Shown here piece after piece: positions 63,118 to 64,000 of a DNA stretch of 64,000 bases. Source of the DNA: Candidatus Stammera capleta (GTDB lineage: Bacteria > Pseudomonadota > Gammaproteobacteria > Enterobacterales > Enterobacteriaceae). The stretch covers positions 155,027-219,026 of the forward strand of contig CP144853.1 in the NCBI GenBank assembly GCA_036689545.1, written 5' to 3'. The notes below the pieces were generated by a model. That model made no database searches. It saw nothing but the letters and a program-made list of their open reading frames with translations, and had not been told where the DNA came from. A program made the position numbers and the translations under genes. Position 1 is the stretch's first letter; each line of letters begins with the position of its first letter.

Positions 63118-64000
63118 TTATCTCTTATTTTTTTTTTCTTAAAAAATTTAAAATAGGTAATAACCATAATTTAGCTTTATTTATTAAAAAATTTAAATTA
63201 ATATTATAATTATAATTATTTCTTAAAAAAGAAATATAAATATTATTTACTTCTCCAACAAAATATAAATTACCATATAATATATTATATAACTTTTTTT
63301 TAATTATTTTAAATAAATAATTACTTTTTTTAGATTTATAAAAATTTAAAATTAAATAATTACTAAATTGAGGTAAAAAAAATAAAGGATTTTTAATACC
63401 TTTTAAATAACCAGATAAATAATATCTTAAATAAAATAATGCATCATTTTTTGATAAAATATGATAATACCATATATTATCATAACCATAGATATAACTA
63501 TTCTTATTTCCACCTAAATAACAATAAATTAAATGATCAAAAAAAAATATTAAAGCATCAATTAAATTTAATTTTTTTGGTAAAAATTTAACTAACCTAT
63601 TATCTTTATTAAATAATAACAGACCACTAATATCTCATTTATTAATTAAAATATTAAATTTATAAAATTTAAGATTAATAAAATTAAACTCTATATTTTT
63701 AAGAAATTTTAAAAATTTTTCTTTTTCCTCTAATCAAATTAACCTACCAATTAATTTAAAAGAAAAAAAACTAGAAAAATATGAATAACATACTCAATTT
63801 AGATTAATATAATTATTAAATATAAACTTAGACATTAACTCTAATCTAGCTAAATAAAATTCTTTCCAATTTGTATTAAAAATATTCTGTTTTAAAAATA
63901 ACTTTTCATTTAAATATAAATTAATTTTTAAATACTTTAAAAAAAAAAAGTTTATAGGATTAAACCAAAAAAATTTAAAATTATTAAAAAAAATATTTTT
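63118..64000 (-). CDS. recC: Exodeoxyribonuclease V gamma subunit (RecC), C-terminal part only; the 5' end is outside the window
   Basis: TAA 63118-63120, 19 nt before the recB ATG. The C-terminal region FDHLIYCYLGGNKNSYIYG...ALFYLRYYLSGYLKGIKNPL parallels E. coli LWLEHLVYCASGGNGESRLF...ALHYLSQLIEGYREGMSAPL. The reading frame upstream was not checked codon by codon. Confidence 0.8.

Overview
By eye this window is well under 20% G+C, very gene-dense, and has Enterobacterales-type gene order. That looks like a strongly reduced gammaproteobacterial genome of the obligate insect-endosymbiont type; I cannot name the organism without a database search. The main observation is that TGA is read as tryptophan (translation table 4). 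The supplied ORF track treats TGA as a stop, so it cuts most genes into pieces. Read with TGA=Trp, the window resolves into 54 protein genes (aspS and recC run off the edges), 4 tRNAs and one clearly decayed gene (rne). About 44 of the 54 genes contain in-frame TGA at conserved Trp positions, and every gene end I could place uses TAA or TAG. Content is core housekeeping: six aminoacyl-tRNA synthetases (asp, arg, lys, tyr, leu plus folC/truA neighbours), prfA-prmC, pth, ychF, rpsP-rimM-trmD-rplS, dnaA-dnaN-gyrB, rpmH-rnpA-yidC-mnmE, gyrA and recC-recB-recD. There is also a small energy and uptake set (dtpA-like peptide permease, manXYZ PTS, eno, pykF, ldhA, pntAB, fpr, nadE), sufBCDSE, murJ, bamD and acpP. 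I saw no mobile elements, CRISPR, prophage or toxin/defence cassette, and I do not think the window holds a novel multi-gene system. Points worth a second look: (1) the code change together with prfB missing from its conserved slot before lysS; (2) a fresh rne (RNase E) pseudogene, still colinear with E. coli but with several frameshifts and at least a dozen premature stops; (3) an intact 375-codon ORF matching only the N-terminal regulatory half of Pta; (4) a short, divergent ygfZ-like ORF inserted with lysS into the pth-ychF pair; (5) E. coli operons kept in order with internal genes cleanly deleted; (6) long in-frame poly(A/T) tracts; (7) two exact duplications with a 48-bp period. All homology statements come from remembered E. 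coli sequences and motifs, not from searches.
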